Position numbers and translations under genes: made by a program. A stretch of DNA of 64,000 nucleotides from NCBI GenBank assembly GCA_024137785.1, contig JAHRHZ010000029.1:21480262-21544261 (forward strand). Direction: 5' to 3'. Source of the DNA: Ginglymostoma cirratum. Taxonomy: Eukaryota. The notes beneath the pieces were generated by a model. It was not told the origin of the DNA. It saw only the letters and a list, made by a program, of their open reading frames with translations, and ran no database searches. Positions 24,530-36,980 of this stretch are shown one piece after another. Numbering within the stretch: the stretch's first letter is position 1; every line of letters begins with the position of its first letter.

Positions 24530-24920
24530 TTAATTCACTCATAGGGCATGGACATTGTTGGCTGGCTAGCATTTATTGCCCTTCCCTGTTGGTCTTGAGG
24601 AGGTGGTGGTGAGCTGCCTTCTTGAATCACTGCAGTTTATGCGTTGTAGATAAAGCCAAAATACCATTAGGGAAGGAATTCCAGGAACTTAACCAAAGAA
24701 GGAATAATGATATATTCTCAAGTCAGGATGGTGAGCGGTTAGAAGGTTTGGTAATGTTTCCATGTATACACTCCCCTTGTCCTAGAAAATAATGGACATG
24801 AGTTTAGAAGATGCTGGCTAAGGATCTTTGGTGAATTTCTGCAGTGCATCTTTAGATATTACACACTACTGAGTGTTGGTGATGGAGGGACTGGATGCTT
24901 GTCGGTGTGCTGGCATTCAA
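24530..24920 (-). mobile_element. CR1/L2-type LINE 3' end
   Basis: AGCATTTATTGCCC..GAGGTGGTGGTGAGCTGCCTTCTTGAA..GGAATTCCAGGA..TTCTGCAGTGCATCTT, antisense of the 25620-26760 family tail. Confidence 0.75.
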
Positions 24921-25619
24921 GCGAAAATAATCCTAGGATGCATTTGCCATGCACTTTATTAACTGTTCTCCCAACATGTCTTGCCACTTTCAATCATTTA
25001 TGCACAAACGCACACGTGTTCTTCCTACCACAATGAATCATTAAACACTTCTGTGAGTTATATTTCATCTGCCAGTCATCACCCATTTCAGACTATCTAT
25101 GTCCAGTTGAGTCCCACGCTATCCTCTTCTTAAGTTCTGAACTATTTGCAAATTTTGAAATTGGATGTGTACAATAAGTCTAAATCATTAATATTGATCA
25201 AAAAGAGCAATTCCATTATAAACCTTCCCTCAGTCTGAAAAACAACAGTTCACCTCAACTCTCCACTTGCCGTCATTCAGCCAATTTTGCATCAGTGTTG
25301 CAACTCTCTCTTATTCCATGAGCTCTAACTTTCTTTGCATGTTTAATGTGCAGCATCTTATCAATTACCTTTTGAAAGTTCATGTACTCCACTTTAACAG
25401 CATTAGCCTCATCAACCCTGTCTGTTACCTCACCATGAAAATCACAAGTTAGTTAAACATGATTTGCTCGTAGTAAAATGATGCAGGTTTTCCAAAATTA
25501 ACCTGCATTTAATCAAGTAACAATTAACTTTGCCCAAATTAACATTTCTCAAAGCTTACATACCACTTCTGGGCCTATCTTTACACTTTATTTCAACAAT
25601 AATGTAACATTTGAAATTC

Positions 25620-26760
25620 TGCAGTCAATCATCAGTAAAGTGATGCAAGATGTCATCAACAGTGTTATCAAGTAGCTTCTGCTGAGTAATTTCCTGCTCA
25701 CTGATCCCAGTTTGGATTCCATCAGGGCCACTCATCTCTAGACCTTATTACAGCTTTGGTTTAAACATGGGTAAAAGAGCTGAGTCCCAGAGGTGAAACG
25801 AGCGTAATAGCACTTGATATCAAGGCCGTATTTGACGAAATGTAGCATCAGGAAACCCTATCAAAACTGGAAGTGATGGCAATCAGGGGAAAATTCACTG
25901 CTGGTTGGAGTCACATATGGCACATAGGAAGTTTGTTGGAGGTCAGTCATCTCAACTCGAAGATATCTCTGCAGGAGTTCCTCAGGATAGTGTCCTAGGC
26001 CCAACCATCTTCATCCGCTTCATCAATCACCTTCCCTCCATCATAGGGTCAGATGTGAGGATGTTTGCTAACGATTACGCAATGTTCAGCACAATTCACA
26101 ACTGCTCAGATACTGAAGCAGTCCATATCCAAAAGCAACAAGATCTGGACAATGTCCAGGTATGGGCTAACAAGCCTCATGTAACTTGGGCACCACACAA
26201 ATGCCAGGCAATAAGCATCTCCAATAAGAAGCAATTTAACCATTGCTCCTTGACATTCAATGGCGTTACCATCATAGAATCCCCTACTATCAATATCCTG
26301 GGCATTACAATCGACCAGAAACTGAACTGGACTCACCACATAAACACAATAGCTACAAGAGACCCTCAGAGGCTAGAAATATTATAGTCAGTAACTCATC
26401 TACTGACTCCCCAAAGCCTGGCAACCATCTAGAAGGCACAAGTGATGGAATACTCCTCAGTTGCCTGGATGAGTGCAGTTCCAACCATACTTAAGAAGCT
26501 TGTCACCATCCAGGACAAGGCAGCTTGCTTGATTGTTTATGGATGTGGTGCCATTCAGTTACTCCACCACTGACGCTCAGTGGTAGCAGTGTGAAATTTA
26601 CAAGATCCATGGCAAAAATTCACTGAAGATCCTTACACAGCACCTTCCAGCACAATCAATTTGATCCAGAAGGACAAGAGCAGCAGATACATGGAAACAC
26701 CACTACTACCTGTAAGTTTCCTTCCAAACCACCCACCATCCCGACTTGGAAATACGTTGC
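25620..26760 (+). mobile_element. CR1/L2-type LINE reverse transcriptase remnant
   Basis: ORF 25905-26387 contains SAGVPQDSVLGPTIFIRFINHLP..VRMFAND (RT motifs, FADD decayed) and ILGITIDQKLNWTHHI; upstream ALDIKAVFD; frameshifted. Confidence 0.9.
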
Positions 26761-27113
26761 CAATGAAGGCTGTTCGTTACTACATTGCTTTCTCCACCTC
26801 ACAAACATTGCTAAAAATGGTAACTGATCACAACGAATCTAATGGGTTAACAATATGTTCCTCAAAGGACAGATATAAGGTTTTCTCAGGGAAGCACAGG
26901 GTTAATTGAATTAAAGTTGCAATACCTTAAAAACAATTACTTATTTCCACCACAATACTGACGTGAAAAAGCTTGCTATAAAATATGACAGATATTATTC
27001 TTATTAGAGCAAAAGCACAACACTTTAACACACTAAATTCATAAAATATCCTGTAAAGAAGCTTTTGCACTAGTGGAAAATATCAGTGTACTTCTGTTTA
27101 TTTTGACACTGTT

Positions 27114-28183
27114 GTCTGGATTTTCACCCTTCAGGTGGGAAGTAGGAGGTGCTTAAGTTGGAAAAGGGATGTTGGTGTGGACTGCAGATGAGCCAGCCAA
27201 CCCTGAGATGAGGTCAGAGGCAGCTACAGAAGTTGCCAGGTGGCATGGCAGGCTCTTTAAAGGCCCATCACAATGCTCTGTCACTTCATCCAGTGATAAA
27301 TGTATACAATAAGGACCTGTAGCCCTCACTCCTACTCACACAGAATCTACATGCCCTATATACTCCTCATGTCTCCTAACTAACCTCTTTGGTCCCTCAT
27401 GCAAAGTTATTCCCTCCTCACCCACTCCAACAGCCCCTCGAGCTCTCCATATCTGTGGCATGGCTGGGAGACCTTACATCCATGACTCTGTTGAGCCTTC
27501 TGAGGTCCGTCCTGATTGACAGCTCAGCTGTCTTATTTGTACTGTAAATTTCATAGTGTCAATTTACATCAGGTTAAGAGGCTTCAAATCCTTAACGTTT
27601 CTCCTAATCATACTTTAAATGTTCCAGATGTTTGATAGTTTCATTGCTTTTTATAGAACGTGTGCTTATTTCAACACATTGGAAACAATGAATGAATTAG
27701 TGTTTCTTTTAAAAACCTTTATTTCATACATATCATTATCATTAAACATTTCATTGATTGAATACAGTTTTTAATGGGCGAAAGGTCATGGAAAAAACGT
27801 TATCTTGCACGGGTTCCATGGCTGGGGGTGGGGAGGAGGCGGCATTGGGGGCATAGCCTGGCATTGGGGGAAGAGGGAAACTTACATTTCAAAGGCTCCC
27901 TCATTCAGACTATGGTTCATTACACATCAGGTATCATGAATGACGAGTATTTCAAAAGGTGGCTTGACTTCATCAAAACTGCAGAGAAGCAGGCCGTGCC
28001 TACCTCCACAATGATTGCTGGTCAAGCCAGAAGTGCCAGGTTTGGTAACCTAAAGTAATCCACATCATTAAAAGACCCAAGGAAAGTCAGAATTCTCAGA
28101 AATAGATCAGAAATCTTGGAATCGGGATCCAGCACCGTTTTTAAATTGTTCCCGAAACATTTATTTTCAGTGAAAATCCAGGC
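27114..28183. mobile_element. Non-autonomous DNA transposon bounded by 14-bp TIRs (Harbinger-like)
   Basis: GTCTGGATTTTCAC (27114-27127) and GTGAAAATCCAGGC (28170-28183) form a 13/14 inverted match. Confidence 0.6.
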
Positions 28184-29694
28184 CTGTATCGCCAGCAGAA
28201 GGAAGTTGCTGACACTAAAGGTTCTGTTTAATTTGGACACGTATTATTTATTATCAGGTTAACAAAAGTATGATTGTATTGTCTCATTTTAAATTAAAAA
28301 AACAACAGAAAAAAAATCTTAACTTTACCTCTTTGACCAAAAGGTCAAAGTAGATTTAAGAACATATTATTAACTGAACTTCTGTTTAGACATAATATTT
28401 AATGTGCATCAGATGGGTTACAAAGGAAATAGTTACAGTGAGAATATGACACATTCAGGGAAATCACTCCCTGACTTGCTCTACTGCTATCAACCAAATT
28501 GTACTGATAGTTGGTGTAAAGCTCACTGAAGGAAGGAAGTCTTTAACGAGTGAAGATGACATAACAGTACTGAGTAAATTCATTGGCAACCACTCTGCAC
28601 CAATCTCTGGATACTTGCACAAAGGACGGAAAATTGCTGGCGCCACTGGGCCTCAGTCCGGGTCATCGTATAGTTTAAAATACGAAATGTAATGCCATGA
28701 TAACGAATGCACTGGAGAGAGGTGAGAGATGGTATAAGTCCCTACATGTATTAATCACTCAGGGCAAAAGGCCGTTGGCAGGCTTATGCTGACAACTCTG
28801 GTTTCACAGTATAAGTGACTGGAAAGATTGTCTTCTTTGTCAAGGGGAGGCACTAGAATAACACTAAAGGCATCAAATATCCTCCCTAACAGAGGATGGA
28901 AAACTCATCTGGAAGGTGACAGGATGAAATATGAAACCTGCAGAAGCACTTAGAGACAAGGAAGAGCCATTCACAATTGAATGACCCAAGAAAAGTAGAG
29001 GTAGCAATGACAATTGAATAATATTGGAAAGATGTTAGAGTGACAGAAATAATATTTTTACTAAGGTATCAAAGCTCCCTTAACCCTTTGTTTCCCATAA
29101 GACTCACTATAAAATAAAATGGAGTAGCATTTTGTTTACATTGCACTTTGTGCAATGTTCTGTGCCAATGACATGCTGGCTAGCATGTTGGTTAAGATGC
29201 TCCTTAGCAATTCATGGTGACTGCCTGAACATGAATGCTGGGCTCATTCAAATATGTAAATAGTTCTGTACTTTTTTAAAAGACCCTTTTAGAAAAATGA
29301 TGCCTGGAAGCATTTGATTTGATTGTTCTTAAGCCTGCCCAGAAAAATAAGGCACGAACATTCAGGAAGTGGGTTAAGCGGCTAATGTAACAGGTTTCCT
29401 ACTTATATTAAGGTAAGTCTCTGGATAGTCATCTTTGGCTGCTGGGGATTTTTGGAGACATCTGGTAGTGGAGTCTGGGGAGATTTTTAGTCTGAAATCA
29501 TTGTTGGAAAGCTGACATTTGGCTGCAGCTGTACTTTGTCACTTTGCTGGCTGCAGTCTTGGGAAAGATGGGCATGTTGCTGGGATTACTACTGAGGCTG
29601 CCTCACCAGGGAGAATAGCAGCAGTAGCAAACACAGCAGCACAAACTTGCAGGGACGCACAGGGAAGAGCTAAAGAGCCCTTCTAGCACACCCT

Positions 29695-29945
29695 TGTTTC
29701 ACAACAGGATGCCTACCTCAATGTGACACAGCAGCAGTGTGTAAGGAGGTTGCACTTCTAAAGGCAGGCAGGGACTCACTGATCCGTGTCACCTTTTCCT
29801 GCAGCAATTGGTGCCAAACATGAAGGGCACAGCTCTACATGTGGCTGGTAAAGTTATGGTCACACTCAACTTCCACGCTACAGGTTAATTCTAGGTTGGA
29901 ATGGGTGACATGAGCAACATCACAGGTTGCTATCAAAACTGCCTC
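29695..29945 (+). pseudogene. Fossil PIF/Harbinger (HARBI1-like) nuclease fragment
   Basis: Manual translation: AYLNVTQQQCVRRLHF*..CHLFLQQLVPNMKGTALHVAGKVMVTLNFHATG*F*VGMGDMSNI, matching the Harbinger motif LPVAVKVTVALNFYASGSFQ..GD..NI. Confidence 0.75.
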
Positions 29946-31024
29946 ATTCTGACACTGGATACCTTTTTGTAAAGTGATGGCATGGTATAATCTTTAAATG
30001 TAGAATGCTGATCATCTGGAACTTCCCACTAATTGCTTTATGGTGTCCCCATAATGAAGGATAACAACTGAATATCAACTGGTTTGTGACGTGCATGCAC
30101 AATCTCTTGGCAGCTATTATCGTGATGCCTTCAATTCGTGCCAGCGCTTAGTACACTGTCTTCCAACCAAATCAGTGGCTGGCGAACTGACTTTGGAGAC
30201 AGAAGCATCTCTTTTACACCTATCCCGTAGCTCCTGTCAGGAATATGAAAATGGAGAGTCACACACAGACATAGCACTCACTGAAATAAAGCAAGTGAAG
30301 TATAGATGTAAGGTTTCTGGTAGTTGGACCAGTTTGACAGAGTTCTGCAGTATAGTCCTGAGTGAGTCTCCTGGTATTCTGCATGCTGCATGTTTATGTA
30401 ATTCAGAAGGCCCAAGTTCTGTACCTATCACAGGACCAAGAAATGGAAGAGGAAAATAAAGAAGGGAAATAAAGGCAAAAGGATGATTGATTAAGACCAA
30501 GGTTGAGAAATCCTGCCAGCTGCCACTACTGTATGGCAACAAATTATGGAAAGAGTCTCAGAAGTAAATTCTCACTCCAGCAAATCAACAATTGCATATA
30601 CCTGATCCACTCCTGCTGCCTATCCTCAGAATGACCTCTTACATCACTACCTCATCAGTGTTCTTGTTACATAACTATGAAGAAGATAATGTTTCAGGCT
30701 TCTCCTTTACCTGACATGTAACGGTGTCTTCCAGCTGCCTGTCGCCAAAATCCATCTCTTCTTTGAGGTGCTACCTTTATATTGCATTAGGAATGCTTAA
30801 TAACCAAGCACTCAATTAAGGAATCTGCAAACAAACAGCATGACTATCACAAAAAGCTACTTATTTAATGATGATAAAGGAACCTGACCAATTTTAGTTC
30901 CTAGTTTAATCTACATGATTAGGCCGAATTCTGGGGCAAACATCTACCTCTGTAACATTTCCTATAATTTTTTGAAAAAGGTTCCATGACTACGAGTGTA
31001 TACCTTGCAGATTCCTTATAAAAG

Positions 31025-31220
31025 TTACAGAAATTGCTGGAAAAACTCAGCAGGTCTGGCAGCATCTGTGGAAAGAAATCAGAGTTAATATTTCGGGCCA
31101 AGTTCTGTGGAAGGGTGACTCAACCTGAAACGTTATCTCTGATTTCTGCTGCTGAGCTTTAACAGCAATTTCTGTTTTTGTTTCTGATTTACAGAATCCG
31201 CAGTTCTTTTGGTTTTTATA
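31025..31220. mobile_element. Fold-back pair of PLE terminal repeats
   Basis: CAGAAATTGCTGGAAAAACTCAGCAG..AGAAATCAGAGTTAA versus TTATCTCTGATTTCT..CTGCTGAGCTTTAACAGCAATTTCTG; decayed hammerhead CTGTGGA-AGGGT..CCT-GAAACGTT. Confidence 0.75.
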
Positions 31221-32559
31221 AGAGCAATATTGTTCACATACCTGGAAACTGTTTTGTGACAATTCTTTTTCCACTTACAAGCACAGTTGCCTAGACCTGA
31301 AATCTGAGCAGAGTTCACTCAGAAGTATTTAAGCACTTGGTTTCAGTGTAAGGTTCATGCATTTTAGTTACTATACATAACTGCCTTTACACTTCATGAA
31401 CCCGACACTTCAATAAAATTTCATCTCTGTTTTGACAGTTTAAGGTATTGTGAGAACTGGGCTACTCCTGAATTTTGTTGCTTTGAACATTTCATTTTTA
31501 TGAACATTTATTTTGTCTTGAGCATCGGATTCTTAATCTATCTAGTTCACAGCCAGTTAGATTAATGACAGTGCAGGCAGTAAGACAGCGTTCCAATCTG
31601 TGATTTATTTTTGTTCCTCCTCCCACCTTCCTCCACCCCCTCAAAGCTAGCCCCAGCACATCCACAGACCCACAGTGTTGCATTTCTGTAACTCTTGGTA
31701 ATTTAACTGCCAATTCCCTCAGGATGGAGGGGTTAACCTAATGTCAGAGGCAGCAGGTTATGACTTCCATGTAAGTCTGTCAGCTTGTTCCAGTTGGGAT
31801 CCATCGTTTGTGGAGGCTGACAGCAGCTTGCTGGTGGGGGTAGGTCCTTCAGACTACAAATTATAGTTTCTTATTGCACAAACACAAAAGGGCCAAAATT
31901 CTTCCCATCACTAACTTCAGAAAAAAAGGCAGACTTGAGTGAAAATAGTAGTCAGCCCCAAGGAGACTGCTGACCCCAAACCAAACTCACTTACCAGTGA
32001 AGCCTTCAGGGAGTTTTCAATTCACTGATTTGAGATAATTAACTTTAATACATTTCTACTCAACTTTTTAGCAGAGGAAAGAAATTAATCTTCTAGTATT
32101 TTAACACTCTCTTATTTTACCAAAGATCTATTGTATTGCTGTTATATATATCTCCCGTATAAAATGAAAATGAGCATAGTCCAGAAAACTGATAGGATAG
32201 TATTATTTCTGTGTATCATTTGTATATTTATTCTGAGCATTTTTTGCTGTTTTATTTTCCTCAATAAATTGGAACTCACAATCACAAGTAATGAACAAGT
32301 GCCTCTCAGACAGTTTACTCTGCCACATAGAAATGAAGAGCACCTAACATATGGCACCTTCACTGAAAAGAATCACAACCATGCATCTCTGTTCTCATGT
32401 TGCTACACTTCAGTATTCCACTGTTTTGCAGGAAGTTTCCAATAAACTGCAAAGCTGGTAAATTTTCATACTGTGAAGGTGCTATTCAAATTCAAGATGT
32501 TTAGTGTGAAAGTGGCACTAAAGTAAGGAGCTCCTTTATAAGCAGTTCTGTGCTTTATA

Positions 32560-33000
32560 TGATGCACAGGTTGTCTTCAGCCATCTGATTTATACTATCT
32601 CCCTATTAAGCAGGGCCTCAACCTTAATTATTTTACCTTCATTTTCAGATTAACCCCACCTCCTACTTATTTCCATAATCTCTCCCCGCCCTACAACTGT
32701 CAATGGTCTCTGCACTCATTCAATTTCCTCTTCTTGCACCTTGACAATTTAATCGCTCCATAACTCGCATTCAGCTGTCTAGACCTCAAGTTCTGGAATT
32801 CCCTCTATGAGCCTTCCAAGTTGCTTTTTTTCCCCTTTAAGAAGTTCCTTAAAACCCACCCCTTTGACCAAGTTTCATATTATCAGTCCTAAAATTTCCT
32901 TATGTGGTTCATTGTCAAATTTTGCTTGTTAATGCTCCTGTAAAACTTCCTATGTAGTTTTATCGTGTTCAAAATGCTATGCAAATGCAAATTATTTGAT
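32560..33000 (+). mobile_element. L2-type LINE 3' remnant
   Basis: TTCAGCTGTCTAGACCTCAAGTTCTGGAATTCCCTC..CCTTAAAACCCACCCCTTTGACCAAG..AATGCTCCTGTAAAAC..GCTATGCAAATGCAA. Confidence 0.6.
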
Positions 33001-35002
33001 TAATCCCTTTCCTCCATAATTGGATAAAGCAACAAATATTCAATTGAAAAGCATAATTATTCAACAAATCATTAAAAATGTAATAACAAGGAAGTTACAC
33101 ACTGCCATCTGCTATGAAAACAGGTAAATAGAGAAGGGCATGAAGATTTGACAAAGCATCATTTATTTCATTACTCATCTCTACCACTTCAAACTGTTAA
33201 CAATAAAAAGGGAACACAAAAGCTGAATTGTGAAGTTACATACAGCAGTAGATTTAGTATCTGCTGCAACATAACTTTCCCCCAGAGGCTAAAATGGTGG
33301 CACAGCAACAGATTTTCCAGACCAGGCAATTCCTGGAACAGAGTCAATGCAAAAATGTGCAATGAGGCAGTAACGCCTCTTCAAGTGTTGATCTTCCGTA
33401 ACCCACGAGGGTCAATGCTTTTGAGAGAATCACTCACTTCACTGGGGATGATGTGGAGCACTGAGCTTTGCCTACACTCAATCTTTTGGGAGAAAGCAGT
33501 GAGAATAGACTCTTGAAAATAGCTTCAAAGTTTAAAATAAAAGTTATTTTTCAAAAGGGTGATAGAGGTTTTTTGAAAGAAGTTTTTTTTTAACTTTTCT
33601 GAACATTTCAAAGCTGCTTCTTTTAAGCAATTGGTCAGTTTCAAGAGCTTTAATTAGCCTCTGCGTTCATTTTGGTGGAGGAATAGGTTTATTGTCACCT
33701 GTCACAGACATTTACAGCAAAGCAGTAACCTACCTTTTGAAGAGACAGAACTCTAATACACCAAATTCAGGAGAGACCACCATTCTCAGTTAACAGCACT
33801 TCTGTTATCTGCCTTCAGAGTGTTTTGCACAAACTAGCACGAAGGTTTATCCTCATTCTTGGCTAGGGATCATGCATCGCGCAGGGTGACCCGAGAGAGA
33901 AAAAAAACTATAAAAGGTCATGAGGGCAGAGTTTCCACTTTGATGCAATTCCCTGATTGTGTTCCAATGCACTTGAAATTTCACTGGTTAGGTTAGGCTT
34001 CACAGTCCCACTAAAAATCATTTGCATAATCACGTAAGTAAAATATTTCATAAAAAAGCATGATCAGGATGTGTGGTGGTATGTTATTGTTTCTTTTTCC
34101 CCCTTCATTTTGATATATCTCTTACTGTATTTAAGCATGGTGACCTGGTGCAGTTTTATTAATACAACTGAAAGTGGATTAATTCCCAAAATTAACTGGA
34201 TTAAAATCTTAAAATACGGAAGCAATTAACAGTTTTTTTTTTAAAGAGGCACAATAGTTGGATTTTTGGCAGATTAAAAATGTCTTGTTATCAAGAAACT
34301 TTTAAAGTAAATAAACAACAAATCTCACAACATTATCAGGGGCTGAAGCCAATTTGGTAAGTGCACCTCGATCCGAACATATTGTGTCCTGAACCAGTCT
34401 AACAAGTTGTGGACAACACTAAAGCTTGGTTAAAGGGGCAGATTTCAAACAATTCTGTTTAAGTTTTCATGATTTTTCACATTGATTTGACCAATTCTGC
34501 CCAGATTGTGTTGATATAATGAGTGAATCAAGCAGATGTATTTAGCTCTGGAAAATTAGGACCAAGGAATGAAATTGTGGTTGCTGGTGCTTCTCCTGTT
34601 TCTGGGTCTCTCATTTCTCACCATCACACATCCTTCATCCTTCAGGTGCTCAGATTTGGAACTATTGTCACCATAGGATTGAACTGTTTTGTATAGGTTT
34701 CGCGAAGCTTCTTGTATTTTGTGTTCTATTCTTCTATTTATTAGCCTATCAAAAGGTCAGGTGTCAATATGACCCACTTTTATAATTATGGTTTTGTCAG
34801 ATGATTACATGCAACTTAGTCATTCACATTATTAAACCGGTTCTGCTTCATTCAATCTGGCCCAAAGCAAGATCTACATAGAAACATCCAACAGATCTGA
34901 GTTTATTAATAGAAAAATTACAAATTTCATTGACTGATAAATATTTTCTCATTTAAATTTAAACAAATTATACTTAAAACGTCCAGCATGGAGCACATTT
35001 TA

Positions 35003-35215
35003 GGACAGCAAAGTTCGGAAGATGCTGGAAATTGGAAATATGAACTGAAAATGCTAGAGATACTCATGAGGTCAGGAAGCATGTGTGGAGAGAGAAATGG
35101 AGTCAGGCTTCCAGTCCAAATTCTTGACTGGATTTGACACAAGATCACTGATCAGTTTCTCTTCACATAGATACCTCCAGACATGTTGAGCATTTCCAAC
35201 ATTTCCGGTTTCTAT
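35003..35215. mobile_element. Fold-back pair of PLE terminal repeats (degraded)
   Basis: GATGCTGGAAAT..AAAATGCTAGAGATACTCA..GTCAGGAAGCATGTGTGGAGAGAGAAA versus TTTCTCTTCACATAGATACCTCCAGACATGTTGAGCATTTCCAACATTT. Confidence 0.6.
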
Positions 35216-36297
35216 TGGTGCGAATATAACATCCTTTGTGAGCCCTCTAAAAAGCAACCAGGCTTCTTGTGAGTTTCTTACTCCTCATCAGTAAGAAATC
35301 CAGCAGCAGCTGCCGGACATCTGGTTTGGCACAACATTAAATACGAATTTCAAAAAAAAAAGGCTAAGGAGCGAAGAAAACAAAAAACAACTTGTTCAGC
35401 AGAAAGATCAATAAAGAAGTATATTGATATTTTTTAAGAATGAGTAGTTAATACAAAATTTAAAACTGCCAAGCAGCAGAACTAACTAATTTTTATCTTG
35501 CCTTTCACTTAAGAAGCACATCTAGAAAGATAAGATAGTCTTTAGTTTTGCCGTCCTTGCCCTTACATTACAATACATTCTAGGTAAGAACGTTTGCTTT
35601 CGCAAATGCACTTTTGGCTAAATTTATTACTAAGACAACCAACTGTAAGTGCATAAACAGGACTGTCTATAGTATCACATGCTCTTCCTACGTGTTATTA
35701 TACATTAGGAAGGCAATTAAGACAACTGGGGAAGCAGTTCCATGGCCCCAGTCAACAGGGTTTGCTGAGTTGATTCTTTTGTTTCAGGATTTTCTATTCT
35801 TCAGTTTCCCTTCTGCAAGTTCTTTTCACTTCTTCTCTGGAGGCACAGACAATTGGTACATTAACCTCAAAGTCTTTTAGTTACTGATCAAAGGCTATAG
35901 CTTATGGCAACTTGTGGGAGAACGTAACTGGCTTTTTTCAGACAGCAGGTGTTTTATTACGAGCAGTCCAAAGGCTTCTGCCAGTATTGTTCACACTCAC
36001 AAGCTATTCGGCTCCCAGGAGCTAACTAGATATTTTTGTCAGGCTGATGGTGGTGACATCTGTAAGTGGTCACAACTCCACAACCACACTTTGAACACAT
36101 GCTCTGGCGAAGGCCAGTCTACAAATAGCCTTTCCAACTGCTTGACAAAGCAGCAGTGTAAATACAACCTACAATAAATTAATAAGCATGTGTTTAACAA
36201 GTTCAGCAACACCTTTCACTATTCATTGTTTTTGTAAAGGTCCTTCTCCCATTTCGGTACAAACTCAAAAATACAGGAAAATTAAAAAAAGGTCTAT

Positions 36298-36478
36298 AGT
36301 ACACACTCACTCTGTCCCACATACTCATTCCCAGCTCTCTCTCTCACACTCATTCACACACACTCATTCATAAGCCTCTCATACACAAACCCTCTCTCAC
36401 ATGATCTCACTCACGCTCTCTCACATACACACAGACACATACACTGTATGACACATTCACTCCCTTCCTCTCACACAT
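36298..36478. repeat. CA/CT-rich low-complexity microsatellite-like tract
   Basis: Degenerate (CA)n/(CT)n run. Confidence 0.8.
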
Positions 36479-36769
36479 GCAGAATTTTCCATTTTCAATT
36501 GAAGCATTTTCTCCAATGGTGTTCGTGGCATCCAGTCCAACAGAGCTCAGAGCAACATTTGTTAAAAAATCTTCCACTGCTCATTCCATTGGGATCTTGG
36601 ATGTTTTCTTGGGATATTGCATAGCTGAAAGGTTGAATTCTCACCATCAGAGGGGCCTTCCAGCATTTGACCCCCTGGCACCATATCTAAAGTCTAGCTG
36701 CGCACCACTTCAGATGCTGCAAGTCAGGAATGCCCAACATAGAGTGGTGTTTGAACCTTTGCAGAAAAG

Positions 36770-36980
36770 AGATGGCTCAGAGGGTAAAAAGCTCCAACTT
36801 CATGGGCAGTGACCTGGACATGTTGGCCAATGACGTGGTGGAGAGCAGGCCAGTTCTTCTTCTGCCTGATTGCCACAGGAAGCAACGTCACCAGAACAAG
36901 CCAGCCTGGACTCAAATTGCAGTGCAGGTTAGTGTTGTGTCCCAAACGAAGTGAGATGCCCAGGAGTGCAGGAAGGTGAT
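36770..36980 (+). pseudogene. Fossil Myb/SANT-like DNA-binding ORF of a Harbinger element
   Basis: MAQRVKSSNFMGSDLDMLANDVVESRPVLL..RHQNKPAWTQIAVQVSVVSQTK*DAQECRK fits the F..E/DL..L...V..AW..IA..VS..R...QCRK pattern. Confidence 0.7.

Larger units (their letters stand above)
23345..25620 (-). mobile_element. Old CR1 LINE with three nested insertions
   Basis: ORF 23697-24002 KRLPLKARSRTRGHRFRLIGKR..MRQNLFMQCV and ORF 24283-24486 IGILHSVLDTSH; further CR1 RT-like sequence continues to about 25620. Confidence 0.75.

Noticed and set aside
28331-28350. Hairpin CTTTGACC-AAAA-GGTCAAAG as a terminator or RNA element
   Set aside because: Isolated 8-bp stem, expected by chance at this window size; bacterial terminators do not apply here.
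28464-28695. Open frames on both strands near 28.5 kb
   Set aside because: No recognisable protein similarity or convincing splice sites.
36001-36060. Minus-strand exon (cttacag..gtgagt)
   Set aside because: Stop codons in all three frames.
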